Origin: Longimicrobiales bacterium
GTDB lineage: Bacteria; Gemmatimonadota; Gemmatimonadetes; Longimicrobiales; Gaopeijiaceae
NCBI GenBank assembly: GCA_965202985.1
Contig: CBDBCF010000001.1
Coordinates: forward strand, 832,001 to 896,000
DNA length: 64,000 nt
Direction: 5' to 3'
The translations under genes were made by a program, and so were the position numbers. A model generated the notes under the pieces. That model worked only from the letters and a program-made list of their open reading frames with translations, did not search any database and was not told where the DNA came from. Numbering within the stretch: position 1 is the first letter of the stretch; each line of letters starts with the position of its first letter. Below are positions 51,992 to 63,460 of this stretch, piece by piece.

Positions 51992-52824
51992 CCCTGGGAC
52001 GGCTCGCCCGGCGCGGCCAGTCCTCCCTGGCCGTTCGGGTCCAGTGCCTTGGCCTCGGGCGACTCCGGGTAGCTCTCGAGAAGCCGGGCCGTGAACTCTT
52101 CCTGCTGTTCGTCCCAGCCCCACTCCTCGTAGATCTCGATCAGGCGGGCCATGGCGCGAGGCGCGACGCCGGTCTCGGCGAAGACGTCCACCACGTTCAG
52201 GAAGATCAGCTCGGCCGACTCCAAGATGTCCCGCTGGAAGTAGAAGTACCCTTCCCCGTAGCTCTTTTCGGCCAGCTTGGCGTGCATCTCCATGACCACG
52301 GCCCGGGCCGAGTCGCCGACCGGCTCTCCTCGGTAGTCCTGGGCCACGTTCTGGCACGTGGTCCGCGCTTGCAACGTGTACTGCTGGTCCCGCTGGGGGT
52401 GGGGAGACAGGGCGGCGTACGAGCGGCAGAGTCCCATCCACGCCTCCGAAGTGCGCTCGTCGTCCGGGTACGTCTGGGCGATCCGCGTGTACTCGGACAC
52501 CGCGCTGATGTACTCCTCGTCGGCGAAGAACGCCTTGGCCAGCGTGTGGCGGGCGTCCACCACTTCTTCGAACCCTGGAAAGGTCAACATCAGTCGTTCC
52601 AGGGCGCGCCGGGCCTCGTCCCAGTCCTCGTCGGCAAACGCCCGACGCCCGTGCTCGTAGAGTTCTTCGGCCGTCCAGCCGGCATAGGGAGGCGCGGACG
52701 CGCAGGTTGCGGCCCACCACGCCGCTCCCCAGGCCGCGAGCACTCTGCTCGCCCGTCGGAAGAAGCGGCTCGCCCGTCGGAAGCGGCCAGCCCCGGCGGA
52801 GCCGGACGCCCCCCGGGTCAGCAC
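51970..52824 (-). CDS. bamD: Outer membrane protein assembly factor BamD
   Basis: Lipobox-like Cys, TPR helices, RDQ.YT, KLAEK.Y..G.FY. Confidence 0.8.
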   Translation of the reverse strand: MLTRGASGSAGAGRFRRASRFFRRASRVLAAWGAAWWAATCASAPPYAGWTAEELYEHGRRAFADEDWDEARRALERLMLTFPGFEEVVDARHTLAKAFFADEEYISAVSEYTRIAQTYPDDERTSEAWMGLCRSYAALSPHPQRDQQYTLQARTTCQNVAQDYRGEPVGDSARAVVMEMHAKLAEKSYGEGYFYFQRDILESAELIFLNVVDVFAETGVAPRAMARLIEIYEEWGWDEQQEEFTARLLESYPESPEAKALDPNGQGGLAAPGEPSQGWTTDPG

Positions 52825-53759
52825 GGCCCCGCTCCACCGTCGCCGAATCGGATCTCGTCCACGCGCGTCCGAGCCTGTCGAGCCAACCGGGCCGGGGCGG
52901 GCGGCTCCACCGTCCCCACCCGCCGGTAGGCGTCCACCGCGTCGGCGCAAAGGCCCATCTCGGCCAAGACCTCGCCCTGCTCGAAGTAGGCCTCGGCCAA
53001 GCGCGTCTTCGGCTCCCCCAGGTCGGCGACCGCGTCAAAGTAGCGGAGCGCCTCGTCCAGGTCGCCTTCGTCCTTCCGCTCCAGGGCCAGCTGCAACGAG
53101 CACCAGCCTTCGTTCCACTGCACGTCGGCGCGGCGGCGCGGGGCCAGCTCCCGAAAGCGCTCGTAGAACAGGAGCGCCCGCCCGCAGTCTTCGATCTTCT
53201 CGTGGGCCCGAGCCGTCTCCAGCACCAGCTCCGCGTCCTCTCGGTTCGACCCCAAGACCCGCATCAAGAGGGCCAGCGCCCGGGCGTCTTCGCCGATCGC
53301 GCCGTAGTGCCGAGCCAGGGGCAGGGCCAGCTCCTCCACCACCAAGCCGGGCTGAAAGGCCAAGGCGGCCTCCATGGCGTAGGCCGAGCCGTAGCTGTCG
53401 CCGTTGCCGTGAGCCGACTTGGCCAGAGCCACCAAGTCCGACACGGCCTGTCCGGCGTGCACCGCGTCTTCTCGGACCGCATCCTGGTAGAGCGCGCGGG
53501 CTTCTTCCAGCCGGCCCAAGATCGCGTACACGTGGGCGGCCCGAACCCTGCCCTCGGCCCCCGGCGCTTCGCGCAACGACAGCAGGTACTCGGCCAGCGC
53601 CTCCTCGTGGTCGCCCCGGGCGAAGGCCCGGTCGCCCCGGTGCAGGGCCGTCGCTTCGCCGGGGTCGGTGCGACATGCCGGGGCCGCGACCAGCGGGGCC
53701 GCAACCAGCCCGAAAACGAAGGCTCTGGGCGCTCTTCGCACTCGACCGGCTCTTCGCAC
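52818..53759 (-). CDS. Tetratricopeptide-repeat lipoprotein
   Basis: LVAAPAC, GDRAFARGDHEEALAEY and further TPR-like helices. Confidence 0.75.
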   Translation of the reverse strand: MRRAGRVRRAPRAFVFGLVAAPLVAAPACRTDPGEATALHRGDRAFARGDHEEALAEYLLSLREAPGAEGRVRAAHVYAILGRLEEARALYQDAVREDAVHAGQAVSDLVALAKSAHGNGDSYGSAYAMEAALAFQPGLVVEELALPLARHYGAIGEDARALALLMRVLGSNREDAELVLETARAHEKIEDCGRALLFYERFRELAPRRRADVQWNEGWCSLQLALERKDEGDLDEALRYFDAVADLGEPKTRLAEAYFEQGEVLAEMGLCADAVDAYRRVGTVEPPAPARLARQARTRVDEIRFGDGGAGPC

Positions 53760-53842
53760 TCGACCGATTGAAGACAGGGGTAACCGCCAAGGATCGGGGG
53801 GGACCGACGGCGGGGCGCCGCCGCCAAAGGGCAACGCTGAAT

Positions 53843-54787
53843 CTAACGACCTTCCCGCTCCAACAGGCCCCGATAGTAGGGGATCGTCTTCCGGAGCCCT
53901 TCTTGCAGGCTCACGACGGGTTCCCAGTCCAGCTCCCGGCGCGCCGCGCCGATGTCCGGGCATCGCCTCGATGGGTCGTCGACAGGAAGCGGCCCGTACT
54001 CCACGGAGACCGGAACGCCCGTCTCCCGGCCCACCACTTCGGCCAGCTCCCGAATCGTGATCTCGCTCGGATTGCCGATGTTGACCGGACGCGGGCCGCC
54101 CCTCCCGAAGAGGCGCACCAAGCCCTCGACCTGGTCGTCCACGTAGCAGAACGACCGGGTTTGGGAGCCGTCTCCGTAGACCGTCAGAGCTTCGCCGCGC
54201 AGAGCCCGAACGATGAAGTTGGACATGACCCTCCCGTCGCCGGGGCGCAGGCGCGGACCATAGGTGTTGAAGATCCGCGCAATGCGAACGTCCACGCCGT
54301 GGATGCGATGGTAGGCCGTGGTCATGGCCTCGGCGTAGCGCTTGGCTTCGTCGTACACGCCTCGGGGCCCGACGGGGTTGACGTTCCCCCAGTAGTCTTC
54401 GCGCTGCGGGTGAATTTGGGGGTCCCCGTAGACCTCCGACGTGGACGCCAGCAGGTAGCGCACGCCGTGGTGAAGGGCGATCCCAAGGGTGTTGTGGGTG
54501 CCCAGGCCGCCGACCTTCAGCGTCTGAATCGGCATCTCGATGTAGTCTTCGGGACTTGCCGGCGAGGCCAAGTGAAGCACTCCGTCCAGCTTCGACTCCA
54601 CAGTAAACGGCACGGACACGTCCTGCTCGATCAGCTGCAGACCGGGGTGTCCCTCCATATGGGCCAAGTTCTTGCGCGAACCCGTGACGAAGTTGTCCAC
54701 CCCCACTACCTCGTGGCCGTCGGCCAAGAAGCGATCCGTCAGGTGCGACCCGAGAAAGCCCGCGGCACCCGTGATCAACACTCGCAT
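53843..54787 (-). CDS. UDP-glucuronic acid decarboxylase (SDR family)
   Basis: [41 protein letters not shown]. Confidence 0.95.
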   Translation of the reverse strand: MRVLITGAAGFLGSHLTDRFLADGHEVVGVDNFVTGSRKNLAHMEGHPGLQLIEQDVSVPFTVESKLDGVLHLASPASPEDYIEMPIQTLKVGGLGTHNTLGIALHHGVRYLLASTSEVYGDPQIHPQREDYWGNVNPVGPRGVYDEAKRYAEAMTTAYHRIHGVDVRIARIFNTYGPRLRPGDGRVMSNFIVRALRGEALTVYGDGSQTRSFCYVDDQVEGLVRLFGRGGPRPVNIGNPSEITIRELAEVVGRETGVPVSVEYGPLPVDDPSRRCPDIGAARRELDWEPVVSLQEGLRKTIPYYRGLLEREGR

Positions 54788-54804
54788 CGTGCCCTGCCTC
54801 CGAC

Positions 54805-56121
54805 CTACTCGGGCACGACCGGGCGGCGGCCCACCGAGTAGTACTCGAAGCCTCGCTTTCGCATCTTGCCCGGGTCGTAGAGGTTCCGGCCGTCGAAGAC
54901 GACCCGCTGTCGCATGAGCGATCCCATCCGGCGAAAGTCGGGATGCCGATACTGCCTCCACTCCGTGTGGATGCACAGGGCGTCGGCGCCCGACAGGACG
55001 TCGTAGTCGCGCCGTTCGTACTCGACCGCGCTTCCGAGCATGCGCCGAGCCGAATCCGTGGCTGCCGGGTCGTGGACCGAGACCTTGGCCCCTCGCGCCA
55101 GCAGGCCCTTGATGGTGACAAGGCTCGACGCCTCGCGCACATCGTCCGTGTTGGCCTTGAAGGCCAGTCCCCACACGCCGAAGACCTTGCCGCTCAAGTC
55201 GTCGCCGAACCGCTGCTCCGCCATCCGCAACAGCAGCGCCTGTTGCCGGTCGTTGAACTCGTCCACCGCACTCGGGATCGCGGGGTCCAGACCCGCCTCG
55301 CGCAGGGTGCGAACCAGCGCCTTCACGTCCTTGGAAAAACAGGACCCGCCGTATCCGACTCCCGGGAACAAGAAGTTGGCGCCGATGCGGGAGTCCGTGC
55401 CGATCCCCCGCCGCACGAGGTCCACGTCGGCACCGACCTTTTCGCACAAGTTCGCGATTAGGTTGACGAAGCTGAGGCGCGTGGCCAGCATCGCGTTGGC
55501 CGCGTACTTGGTGATCTCGGCGGAGATCGTGTCCATGACCACGATCTTGGCGCCGGTTCGAACGAACGGCGCATAAAGGTTCTTCATCAGTTCGGCGACC
55601 TCGGGGTCGTCCACGCCCAGCACGACGCGGTCCGGCTTGGTGAAGTCCTGGACCGCCGTGCCCTCACTCAGGAACTCAGGGTTGGAGCACACGTTCACCG
55701 CATGGCGGGTCTCGGCTTCGATCGCTCGTCGCACAAGCGCGTGGGTGCCCACGGGCATCGTGCTCTTCAAGGCCACGATCCGCTCGCCGTCGATGGCGCG
55801 CGCAACTTGGGCGGCCGCCTCCAGGACATGCCGCAGATCCGCGGACCCGTCCTCGCTGGACGGCGTCCCCACCGCGATGAAGATCAAGTAGGAACGGCGC
55901 ACGGCCTGGGTCACGTCGGTCGTGAACGACAAGCGCCCCGCCGCCGTGCTGCGCCGGACGATTGAGCCCAGCCCGGGCTCGAAGAAGGGCACTTCTCCTC
56001 GGGCCAAACCGGCGATCCTGTCCACCAGAACGTCGGCGCAGATCACTTGGTGACCCGTGTCGGCGAAGCAAGCGCCCACGGTCAGCCCCACGTAACCCGT
56101 GCCTACGACCGCGATCTTCAC
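54805..56121 (-). CDS. ugd: UDP-glucose 6-dehydrogenase
   Basis: GTGYVG, NPEFL.EG, KYAANA, GYGGSCF.KD, GLAFK.NTDD.RE. Confidence 0.93.
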   Translation of the reverse strand: MKIAVVGTGYVGLTVGACFADTGHQVICADVLVDRIAGLARGEVPFFEPGLGSIVRRSTAAGRLSFTTDVTQAVRRSYLIFIAVGTPSSEDGSADLRHVLEAAAQVARAIDGERIVALKSTMPVGTHALVRRAIEAETRHAVNVCSNPEFLSEGTAVQDFTKPDRVVLGVDDPEVAELMKNLYAPFVRTGAKIVVMDTISAEITKYAANAMLATRLSFVNLIANLCEKVGADVDLVRRGIGTDSRIGANFLFPGVGYGGSCFSKDVKALVRTLREAGLDPAIPSAVDEFNDRQQALLLRMAEQRFGDDLSGKVFGVWGLAFKANTDDVREASSLVTIKGLLARGAKVSVHDPAATDSARRMLGSAVEYERRDYDVLSGADALCIHTEWRQYRHPDFRRMGSLMRQRVVFDGRNLYDPGKMRKRGFEYYSVGRRPVVPE

Positions 56122-57164
56122 GCCGCCCCCCTTGCCACCGTAGAAGCGCGAACGCCCGACGCCGCTCGCCGCCACCAGCGTCGGTTCTTGGCGTACCACG
56201 CGACCGTGTCCCGCAGGCCCGCTTCAAGCCCGATCGACGGCGTCCAGTCCAGTTCCCGCTCGGCCTTGGTCGCATCCACCGCGTAGCGCCGGTCGTGTCC
56301 GGGTCGGTCCCGGACGTGCTCGATCAGCGCCGGGTCGGCGCCGGTCGCCTCCACGATCCGTTGCACCATCCAGTGGTTCGTGCGCTCGGCCCCGCCTCCA
56401 AAGTTGTAGACGTGGCCTGCGCGCCCGCGTTCCAAGGCGGCGACGATGCCCCGGCAGTGGTCGTGCACGTGGACCCACTCCCGCACGTGAAGGCCGTCGC
56501 CGTAAAGCGGCAGCGTCTTGCCTTCCATGGCGCGCGTGATCATCAGGGGCACCAGCTTCTCAGGGAACTGGTACGGCCCGTAGTTGTTCGTGCATCGCGT
56601 CACGACTACGTCCAATCCGTGCGTCTCGTGATAGGCCAGGGCCAACAGGTCCGCCCCCGCCTTGCTCGCCGAGTACGGCGATCGGGGCGCCAAGGGCGTC
56701 TCTTCCGTGAACCGTTCGCCGGCTGCGGCGGCCGTCAAGTCCGTCTCGGCGTCGCGCTCGCCGGGGTCCGCCCAAGGGAGCGAGCCGTACACCTCGTCGG
56801 TGGAGACCTGCACGAACCGGCCCGCGCCCTTGTCGAGCGCGGCCGCAAGCAACGTCTGGGTTCCCATCACGTTGGTGCGCACGAACGGCGCGGCGCTGGC
56901 GATCGACCGGTCCACGTGGGATTCGGCCGCCGCGTTCACCACCGCAACGGCCCCCGACGCCAGCTCGCCCGCCAAGCCGCCGTCGCAGATGTCGCCATGG
57001 ACGAAGCGGTAGCGCGGATGGCCCTCCAGGTCGGCCACGTTCTCCCGGTTCCCGGCGTAGGTCAGCAGGTCCACGTTGACCACGTGGAAGCGCGTCTCCG
57101 CCAGAAGGAGCCGGATCAGATTGGAGCCGACGAAGCCGGCGCCCCCCGTGACCACAAGCTTCAT
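56118..57164 (-). CDS. rfbB: dTDP-glucose 4,6-dehydratase
   Basis: TGGAGFVG, AAESHVDRSI, STDEVYG, YSASK, DRPGHDRRYA. Confidence 0.96.
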   Translation of the reverse strand: MKLVVTGGAGFVGSNLIRLLLAETRFHVVNVDLLTYAGNRENVADLEGHPRYRFVHGDICDGGLAGELASGAVAVVNAAAESHVDRSIASAAPFVRTNVMGTQTLLAAALDKGAGRFVQVSTDEVYGSLPWADPGERDAETDLTAAAAGERFTEETPLAPRSPYSASKAGADLLALAYHETHGLDVVVTRCTNNYGPYQFPEKLVPLMITRAMEGKTLPLYGDGLHVREWVHVHDHCRGIVAALERGRAGHVYNFGGGAERTNHWMVQRIVEATGADPALIEHVRDRPGHDRRYAVDATKAERELDWTPSIGLEAGLRDTVAWYAKNRRWWRRAASGVRASTVARGAA

Positions 57165-57976
57165 CGACCGTCAGCCCCGCCGGTTCGCGCACCCCGCGCG
57201 ACCTCTTCCGCCGCCGCGTTTCCGCCGACCTCGTCGAGGCGCGTTCGCCGCAGAACGGGCGCGGCCGTCTCGGCCACCAAGCGCGTGGCGCGGTATAGAG
57301 ACGCGACGGTGCCCGCGTCGGTCCACCAGCCTTGCAGGACCCTGTGGGACAGCGTACCGGACCGAAGGTAGCGGTTGTTCACGTCGGTGATCTCCAGCTC
57401 CCCGCGTTCGGACTTATCCAGGGTCCGAATCACGTCGAAGACCTCTTGGTCGTAGAAGTAGCAACCGGTCACGGCCAAGCTCGAGGCCGGTTTCGCGGGC
57501 TTCTCCACGATTCGGGCCACGTGCCCGTCTTCCAGTTCGGCCACGCCGAAGCGCTGCGGGTCCGGCACGTCCTTGAGCAGGATCATGGCGCCGCCGCCTT
57601 GCCTCCGGTAGGCGTCCACGGCGGGGGCAATGGGGTCCTCGAAGATGTTGTCGCCCAGGATCACGACCAGCGGCCCGGATTCGGCGAAGTGCTCGGCCAA
57701 CCCCACGGCCTCGGCGATCCCGCCCTGCCCTTCCTGATAGGTGTAGTTCAAGTGCTCGAGCCCGAAGTTCTTGCCGTTGGCCAAGAGGCGCAGGAAGTCG
57801 CCCGCGTAGTTCCCGCCCGTGACCACCATGATGTCCCGCACTCCCGCGTGCACCAGCTGTTGCAGCGGGTAGTAGATCATCGGCCGATCGTACACCGGCA
57901 GAAGGTGCTTGTTGGTGACTTGCGTCATGGGCTGAAGTCGCTTGCCCAGGCCGCCGGCCAGGATCACGCCCTTCAC
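57161..57976 (-). CDS. rfbA: Glucose-1-phosphate thymidylyltransferase family
   Basis: ILAGGLG.RL.P.T...NKHLLPVYD.PMI, LGDN, RGELEITD, WTDAGT. Confidence 0.88.
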   Translation of the reverse strand: MKGVILAGGLGKRLQPMTQVTNKHLLPVYDRPMIYYPLQQLVHAGVRDIMVVTGGNYAGDFLRLLANGKNFGLEHLNYTYQEGQGGIAEAVGLAEHFAESGPLVVILGDNIFEDPIAPAVDAYRRQGGGAMILLKDVPDPQRFGVAELEDGHVARIVEKPAKPASSLAVTGCYFYDQEVFDVIRTLDKSERGELEITDVNNRYLRSGTLSHRVLQGWWTDAGTVASLYRATRLVAETAAPVLRRTRLDEVGGNAAAEEVARGARTGGADGR

Positions 57977-58848
57977 CGCGCGCTCCCACGGCGACCGAGA
58001 GCTTCCAAGTGCTCGCTCAGCGAGTCGCGCCAACAGGGAAGCGCCCGCCCCAGGGCCGCCTCCGCATCCGAGGCGTCCAGCACGGAGCTGCGCGGCCGGG
58101 GCGCCGGGGCGCCGTACTCCTTCGTGGTCACGGGCTCCACGCGCGACTTGGCCGACCCGCCCAGGCGAAGCGCCTCGCAGGCCAGCTCCCGCCATGTGGC
58201 CCGCCCGCCGCCCGCCAAGTGGAAGACGCCCTCGCGGCCCGACCACGCCAAGTCCAGCAACGCCGGGGCCAACTCCATCGTCCACGTGGGGCTGCCCACT
58301 TGGTCGTGCACGACGCGAATCGGCGCAGTCCTGCGCGACCGCGCTATCACGGCGTCCACGAAATCGCGACCCCCGGGCCCGAACAGCCAGCTCGTGCGCA
58401 CGATCAGGAAACGGGCGCCCGACCGCTGGACGGCGTGTTCTCCGGCCAGCTTGGAGCGCCCGTAGACGTTCAGCGGTCCCGTGGGGTCGCCGGGCCGGTA
58501 CGGCACCTCGGCGTCTCCCGAGAAGACGTAGTCGGTCGATGGGTAGACCACGAGCGCCCCGACGACGGCGGCGGCACTCGCCACGTTCGCGGTTCCGGCC
58601 TCGTTGACGGCAAAGGCTGCGGACTCGTCGGATTCGGCCCGGTCCACGGCCGTGTAGGCGGCGCAGTGCAAGACGACCGTCGGCTGCGCGGCAACCACCG
58701 CCCGGCGCACGTCCGCGGCCCGGGTCACGTCCAGCTCCCCGCGCTCCACGGCGGTCGTCGGGACGCCGCGCCGGCGCAGCTCCCGCACCAGTGCATAGGC
58801 CAGCAGGCCACCGGCCCCGGTCACGAGGGCGCTCCCCCGGCCCGTCAG
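57973..58848 (-). CDS. rfbD: dTDP-4-dehydrorhamnose reductase
   Basis: TGAGGLL, AAYTAVDRAE, STDYVF, YGRSKLAGE, DQVGSPT; start probably CTG. Confidence 0.93.
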   Translation of the reverse strand: MTGRGSALVTGAGGLLAYALVRELRRRGVPTTAVERGELDVTRAADVRRAVVAAQPTVVLHCAAYTAVDRAESDESAAFAVNEAGTANVASAAAVVGALVVYPSTDYVFSGDAEVPYRPGDPTGPLNVYGRSKLAGEHAVQRSGARFLIVRTSWLFGPGGRDFVDAVIARSRRTAPIRVVHDQVGSPTWTMELAPALLDLAWSGREGVFHLAGGGRATWRELACEALRLGGSAKSRVEPVTTKEYGAPAPRPRSSVLDASDAEAALGRALPCWRDSLSEHLEALGRRGSAR

Positions 58849-60311
58849 CCGCTCCGCGAGCCCGCGGCCCCCGGTCGAAGCGCCGGCGGCGCCGACCGAG
58901 CGTCCCCGTCCCTGACGATCCACCGTTCGGGATGCGAAGGCGGCACCGTCCCGGCCGTGGCGTTTCGGGCGTCCACCAGCACCGACGAACAGCGGCATAT
59001 CCGCTCGTAGTCGAAGCAGGAGTGGTCGGTCACGATCACGACCGCATCCGCCCGTTCCATGACCGAGCTGGACAGGGGAACCGACGACATCAGGTCCCCG
59101 CGTCGGGTGCGCCACTGGGGAACGTGGGGGTCGTGGTACTCGACCTGGGCGCCGTCCTGTTCCAGTAGATCGATGATCTCCAACGCCGGCGACTCGCGCA
59201 CGTCGCCCACGTTCTTCTTGTACGCAACGCCCAGGACCAGGATCCGCGAACCGTTCACCGGCTTCCGCGCGCCGTTCAGCGCCTGCCGAACCTTGCCGGC
59301 CACGAACTGGGGCATCTCGGCGTTGATCTCCGACGCCAGTTCGATGAACCGCGCCCGGTAGTTGAGAGTTCGCATCTTCCACGCCAGGTAATGGGGGTCC
59401 ACCGGCAGGCAGTGCCCGCCGATCCCCGGACCCGGCGTGAACTTCATGAACCCGAACGGCTTGGTCGCCGCCGCCTCGACGACTTCCCAGATGTCCAGGC
59501 CCAGGCGGTCGGCGATGATCGCCATTTCGTTGGCCAGCCCGATGTTCACCGCCCGAAACGAGTTCTCGAGGATCTTGGTCAGCTCGGCCGCCTCCGCCGA
59601 CGACACGGGAACGACCGTCTTCACCAAGCGGGAGTAGAACGCCGTCCCGGCCCGCCTGCACGCCGGCGTGATGCCGCCGATCACCTTGGGGATGTCCCGG
59701 GTCTTCCAGTGCTGGTTGGCCGGGTCGACCCTCTCCGGAGAGAAGCACAGGAAAAAGTCCCGGCCCGGCTCGAGGCCGCTCCGCCGCATGATCGGCAACA
59801 CCACGTCGCGGGTCGTTCCCGGATAGGTCGTCGACTCCAACACGACGAGCTGACCGGGGGAGATGCAGGCGCCGACCGCCTCGGCGGCGGCCAAGATGTA
59901 CGAGATGTCCGGGTCCCGCGTCTTGGACAACGGCGTGGGCACGCAAATCGAGACGGCGTCGCAGTCCTTGAGGGCCGTCATGTCGACCGTAGCTCGAAGC
60001 TCGCCGATCTGCCGGGCCTCGGCGATCTCCCCGTCGCTCACGTCCGCGATGTGGCTGTGGCCCGCGTCGACGGCGCCCGCCACGGCCGGGTCCACGTCGA
60101 AGCCCGCGACCCGCATGCCACGCTTGGCGGCCTCGACCGCCAGGGGCAAGCCCACGTACCCCAAGCCCACCACGCCGAAGGAGACGTCGCCCGATCTCAG
60201 TCGGGCAATGCTCGCCTCGATGGGAGCTGCGGCCGGCCGCGCCACGGGCCGGCGGGGGTCAGGAAGAGGGTTCGGCGCCGGGCTCGCCGGCAGGCTCGGC
60301 AGCTTCGACAT
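58845..60311 (-). CDS. Nucleotide sugar dehydrogenase (WecC/WbpA/TviB-like)
   Basis: GLGYVGLPLA, CVPTP, ESTTYPGTT, SPERVDP, GGHCLPVDP, AYKKNV.D.RESP. Confidence 0.92.
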   Translation of the reverse strand: MSKLPSLPASPAPNPLPDPRRPVARPAAAPIEASIARLRSGDVSFGVVGLGYVGLPLAVEAAKRGMRVAGFDVDPAVAGAVDAGHSHIADVSDGEIAEARQIGELRATVDMTALKDCDAVSICVPTPLSKTRDPDISYILAAAEAVGACISPGQLVVLESTTYPGTTRDVVLPIMRRSGLEPGRDFFLCFSPERVDPANQHWKTRDIPKVIGGITPACRRAGTAFYSRLVKTVVPVSSAEAAELTKILENSFRAVNIGLANEMAIIADRLGLDIWEVVEAAATKPFGFMKFTPGPGIGGHCLPVDPHYLAWKMRTLNYRARFIELASEINAEMPQFVAGKVRQALNGARKPVNGSRILVLGVAYKKNVGDVRESPALEIIDLLEQDGAQVEYHDPHVPQWRTRRGDLMSSVPLSSSVMERADAVVIVTDHSCFDYERICRCSSVLVDARNATAGTVPPSHPERWIVRDGDARSAPPALRPGAAGSRSG

Positions 60312-60852
60312 CGGCAATGAAGGATATCTCCATGAAGTTCTCTGCGAACTCCGCCTGGAACCGATCCGTCTCGCCGTTCGTGAAGGCGCCCGCCGCCTCC
60401 CACGCGTCGAGAACCGAATCCGACATGGCCAGCACCGTGCCCGTGACGTCGACCGTCGATCCGGCGACGGCAGCCACCGAGTCGGCCAACAAGTCGCTCG
60501 ACAGGTGGATCAGGTACGGCGTGTTCTGCGCGTCGGCCAAGTTCGTCCAGAAGGCGTGCGCGCCGAGCAGGGTCGTGACGGGGATGTTGCGCAGGGAGAC
60601 CTCTTGCCCGACGTAGCTCTCCGTCGCGACCGAGAACTCCGTCAGGGCGACTTCGTTGGCCATCGGCTCCTCTTCGGACGCAGCCACGGCCACTTCGGTC
60701 GGCACGGCTCTGACGGACAACCAGTAGAGGAAGCCCGCGATGGCCAAGAAGCTCAGCAACATCAGGGGAACGCCGCGGTTGACGGCGCCCGCCTGGGCCC
60801 GGGGGTTGGAGATCGTTCCCATCTGCTCTTTCCTCGTCTTGTTGGAATCCAT
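60259..60852 (-). CDS. Hypothetical membrane-anchored protein
   Basis: LMLLSFLAIAGFLYWL transmembrane segment followed by an acidic domain. Confidence 0.7.
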   Translation of the reverse strand: MDSNKTRKEQMGTISNPRAQAGAVNRGVPLMLLSFLAIAGFLYWLSVRAVPTEVAVAASEEEPMANEVALTEFSVATESYVGQEVSLRNIPVTTLLGAHAFWTNLADAQNTPYLIHLSSDLLADSVAAVAGSTVDVTGTVLAMSDSVLDAWEAAGAFTNGETDRFQAEFAENFMEISFIADVEAAEPAGEPGAEPSS

Positions 60853-60881
60853 TTTGTCGTGATTGCGGAAGCGGCGGGAGC

Positions 60882-61235
60882 TTACTGCACCAACTCGATC
60901 AGCGCCATGTCCGCCGCGTCTCCCCTGCGGTTTCCCAGCTTCAAGATGCGCGTGTAGCCGCCCGGACGCTCGGCGTAGCGGGGACCGATCTCGTCGAAGA
61001 GCTTGGCCAGCACCTCTCGCTCGGCGATCCGTCGCGCCGCCAGCCGTCGAGCGTGCAGGTCGCCCCGCCTGGCAAGCGTGATCAGCCGCTCGGCGTAGGG
61101 GCGGAGCTCCTTGGCCCGCGCCGTGGTCGTGGTGATGCGCTCGTGGCGGAACAAGGCCGCCGCCAAGTTCCGAAGCACCGCCTTCCGGTGGCTGGGCGAG
61201 CGCGACAGGCCCCGGCCCTTCTTCCTATGACGCAT
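60882..61235 (-). CDS. rplQ: 50S ribosomal protein L17
   Basis: [14 protein letters not shown]...[10 protein letters not shown]. Confidence 0.98.
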   Translation of the reverse strand: MRHRKKGRGLSRSPSHRKAVLRNLAAALFRHERITTTTARAKELRPYAERLITLARRGDLHARRLAARRIAEREVLAKLFDEIGPRYAERPGGYTRILKLGNRRGDAADMALIELVQ

Positions 61236-62370
61236 CGGAACCCCCCTCGGAGGCCGTTGCCGCCGCAACCGCTTCCTCGCCTTCCCCCCCGTCCGCGTCG
61301 TTCGTCGTCGACTCTTCGGCGTCCCCCGACCCCGGGTCGGTCCATCCGTCCGCCTCGGGGCGGTCGACGTACAGCCCGTCTTTGCGCTTCTCGATCTTCG
61401 TGCCCAGACGAAGCCCATGCTCGCGCAGGAAATCGATCAGCTCGTCCATCGACTTTCGACCGAAGTTCTGCGCTTCCAGCAGTTCGTCTTCGGTGAAGGA
61501 GACCAGGTCGCGCAACGTCTCGACCTCCTTCGAGATCAGGATGTTGCGCGAGCGGGCGCTCAGCTCGATCAGGTCCGTTACCGGGGTCTCCAGCAGCTCC
61601 GCGATCTTTTGCGGCACGCGCGTGGGCCCGTGCAGCGCGGCTTCGGACGCCGGAGGACCGCCCTGGCTGAAGTCCAGCATGTAGCTCAAGTGCTTGCGGA
61701 CCAGTTCCGCCGCGTACCGAACGGCGCTCTCCGGATCGACCGAGCCGTTGGTCTCGACGCGAAGCGTCAGGCGGTCGAAGTCGGTGCGCTGGCCCACCCG
61801 CGTTTCCTCGACGGTGAAGTTGGCTCGAAGCACGGGGTTGTAGATGGCGTCGATCCTCACCAAGTCCACCGTGGCGTTGTCCGGAAGCTCGTGTTGATCG
61901 GCAAGCTTGAACCCTCGGCCCTTGTTCACGAAGAACTCGGCGTTGAGCTCCCGGTCCTCCTGGAGCGTCAGGATGTGATGGTCGGGATCCAGCAACGTCG
62001 CCCATCCCGGGGCTTTGACTTGGGCAGCCGTCACCGGCCCGGCCTTCGTGGCCTTCACGGAAAGCGTGGCCTCGTCGGCATCCTCGTCCAAGACGACGAC
62101 CATCGACTTCAGGTTCTGGATGACTTGGTGCACGTCTTCCACCACGGACGACACGGTCTGGTGCTCGTGGACGACGCCGTCGATCCGGAAGCCCCATATC
62201 GCCGAGCCCCTCAACGACGACAGGAGCACGCGGCGGACCGAGTTGCCCAAAGTGTGGCCGTAGCCGCGCTCCAAGGGCTCCATGACGAACCCGGCGGACC
62301 TTTCGTCCTCCGAGACGTGCGCGACCTCGATGCGCTCCGGCAGCACCAAGTCGGTCAGATCTATTTCCAC
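61225..62370 (-). CDS. rpoA: RNA polymerase alpha subunit
   Basis: [39 protein letters not shown]. Confidence 0.98.
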   Translation of the reverse strand: MEIDLTDLVLPERIEVAHVSEDERSAGFVMEPLERGYGHTLGNSVRRVLLSSLRGSAIWGFRIDGVVHEHQTVSSVVEDVHQVIQNLKSMVVVLDEDADEATLSVKATKAGPVTAAQVKAPGWATLLDPDHHILTLQEDRELNAEFFVNKGRGFKLADQHELPDNATVDLVRIDAIYNPVLRANFTVEETRVGQRTDFDRLTLRVETNGSVDPESAVRYAAELVRKHLSYMLDFSQGGPPASEAALHGPTRVPQKIAELLETPVTDLIELSARSRNILISKEVETLRDLVSFTEDELLEAQNFGRKSMDELIDFLREHGLRLGTKIEKRKDGLYVDRPEADGWTDPGSGDAEESTTNDADGGEGEEAVAAATASEGGSDAS

Positions 62371-62383
62371 GTTCGTTCTCCGG

Positions 62384-63019
62384 TCACTTCGAGTAGAGTT
62401 CGACGATGAGCTGTTCCTGGGCGGCCAGCGGGATCTCTCCTCGGGTCGGCTCCCTGACGACCCGGCCTATGCGCTTTTCTTCGTCCAGCGCCAGCCAGTC
62501 CAACAGCCGGGGCCGCGTGCGCGCGCCGAGGCTGGCCGCCACCAAGTCCAACTCGCGAGAGCGTTCCCGCAACGCGACCTCGTCCCCCGCCGACAGCCGG
62601 TAGCTGGGGATGTCCACGATCCGGTCGTTGACTCGAACGTGGCGGTGCCGCACCAGCTGACGAGCTTGCCGCCGGCTGGCCGCCAATCCCATCCGAAAGA
62701 CCACGTTGTCCAGCCGGACCTCCAACGCCACGATCAGGTTCTCGCCCGTGACGCCGGGGCGGCCCGCAGCGTACTCGAACAGGCTGCGGAACTGCTTCTC
62801 GTGAAGGCCGTACACGCGCTTGACCTTCTGCTTCTCCCGAAGCTGGACCGCGTAGTCGGACTGCTTGCGTCGGCGCGCCGCGGCAGGGCCGTGCTGCCCC
62901 GGCGGGTACTTGCGACGCTCGACGGGACACTTCTCTGTGTAGCACTTGGCACCCTTCAGGAAGAGCTTGTCGCCCTCCCTGCGGCACAACTTGCAGACGG
63001 GACCGGCATAGCGAGCCAT
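62384..63019 (-). CDS. rpsD: 30S ribosomal protein S4 (Zn-ribbon type)
   Basis: CKLCRREG.KLFLKG.KC, QLREKQK, RLDNVV, IVELYSK. Confidence 0.98.
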   Translation of the reverse strand: MARYAGPVCKLCRREGDKLFLKGAKCYTEKCPVERRKYPPGQHGPAAARRRKQSDYAVQLREKQKVKRVYGLHEKQFRSLFEYAAGRPGVTGENLIVALEVRLDNVVFRMGLAASRRQARQLVRHRHVRVNDRIVDIPSYRLSAGDEVALRERSRELDLVAASLGARTRPRLLDWLALDEEKRIGRVVREPTRGEIPLAAQEQLIVELYSK

Positions 63020-63022
63020 GAC

Positions 63023-63415
63023 CTAGACCCTCCGCTTCTTTGGCGGACGACACCCGTTGTGCGGAAGGGGCGTCACGTCGTGGATGGAGCTGACCTGGAG
63101 ACCCGCGGTCGCCAGGGCTTGAATGGCCGACTCGCGGCCCGATCCGGGTCCCCGAACCCTCACCAAGACCCTTCGGACGCCCATGGCCGCGGCCTCGCGA
63201 CCCGCCTTCTCGGCCGCCATCGTGGCGGCGAACGGTGTGGACTTCTTGGAGCCCTTGAAGCCGGCGGTTCCGGCCGACGCCCACGCCAGCACGTTGCCGG
63301 CGTTGTCGGCGATCGTCACCAGCGTGTTGTTGAACGTCGCCTTGATGTGCGCCACGCCCTCGGCCTCGACGGTCTTCTTGGTCTTCTTCGTTCGGGTCTT
63401 CTTGGGTTTCGCCAA
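63023..63415 (-). CDS. rpsK: 30S ribosomal protein S11
   Basis: [35 protein letters not shown]. Confidence 0.98.
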   Translation of the reverse strand: MAKPKKTRTKKTKKTVEAEGVAHIKATFNNTLVTIADNAGNVLAWASAGTAGFKGSKKSTPFAATMAAEKAGREAAAMGVRRVLVRVRGPGSGRESAIQALATAGLQVSSIHDVTPLPHNGCRPPKKRRV

Positions 63416-63460
63416 GCGGTGCCTTCCTTGATGGGGCTGCCTCGCCTTCGGAGACGGCCT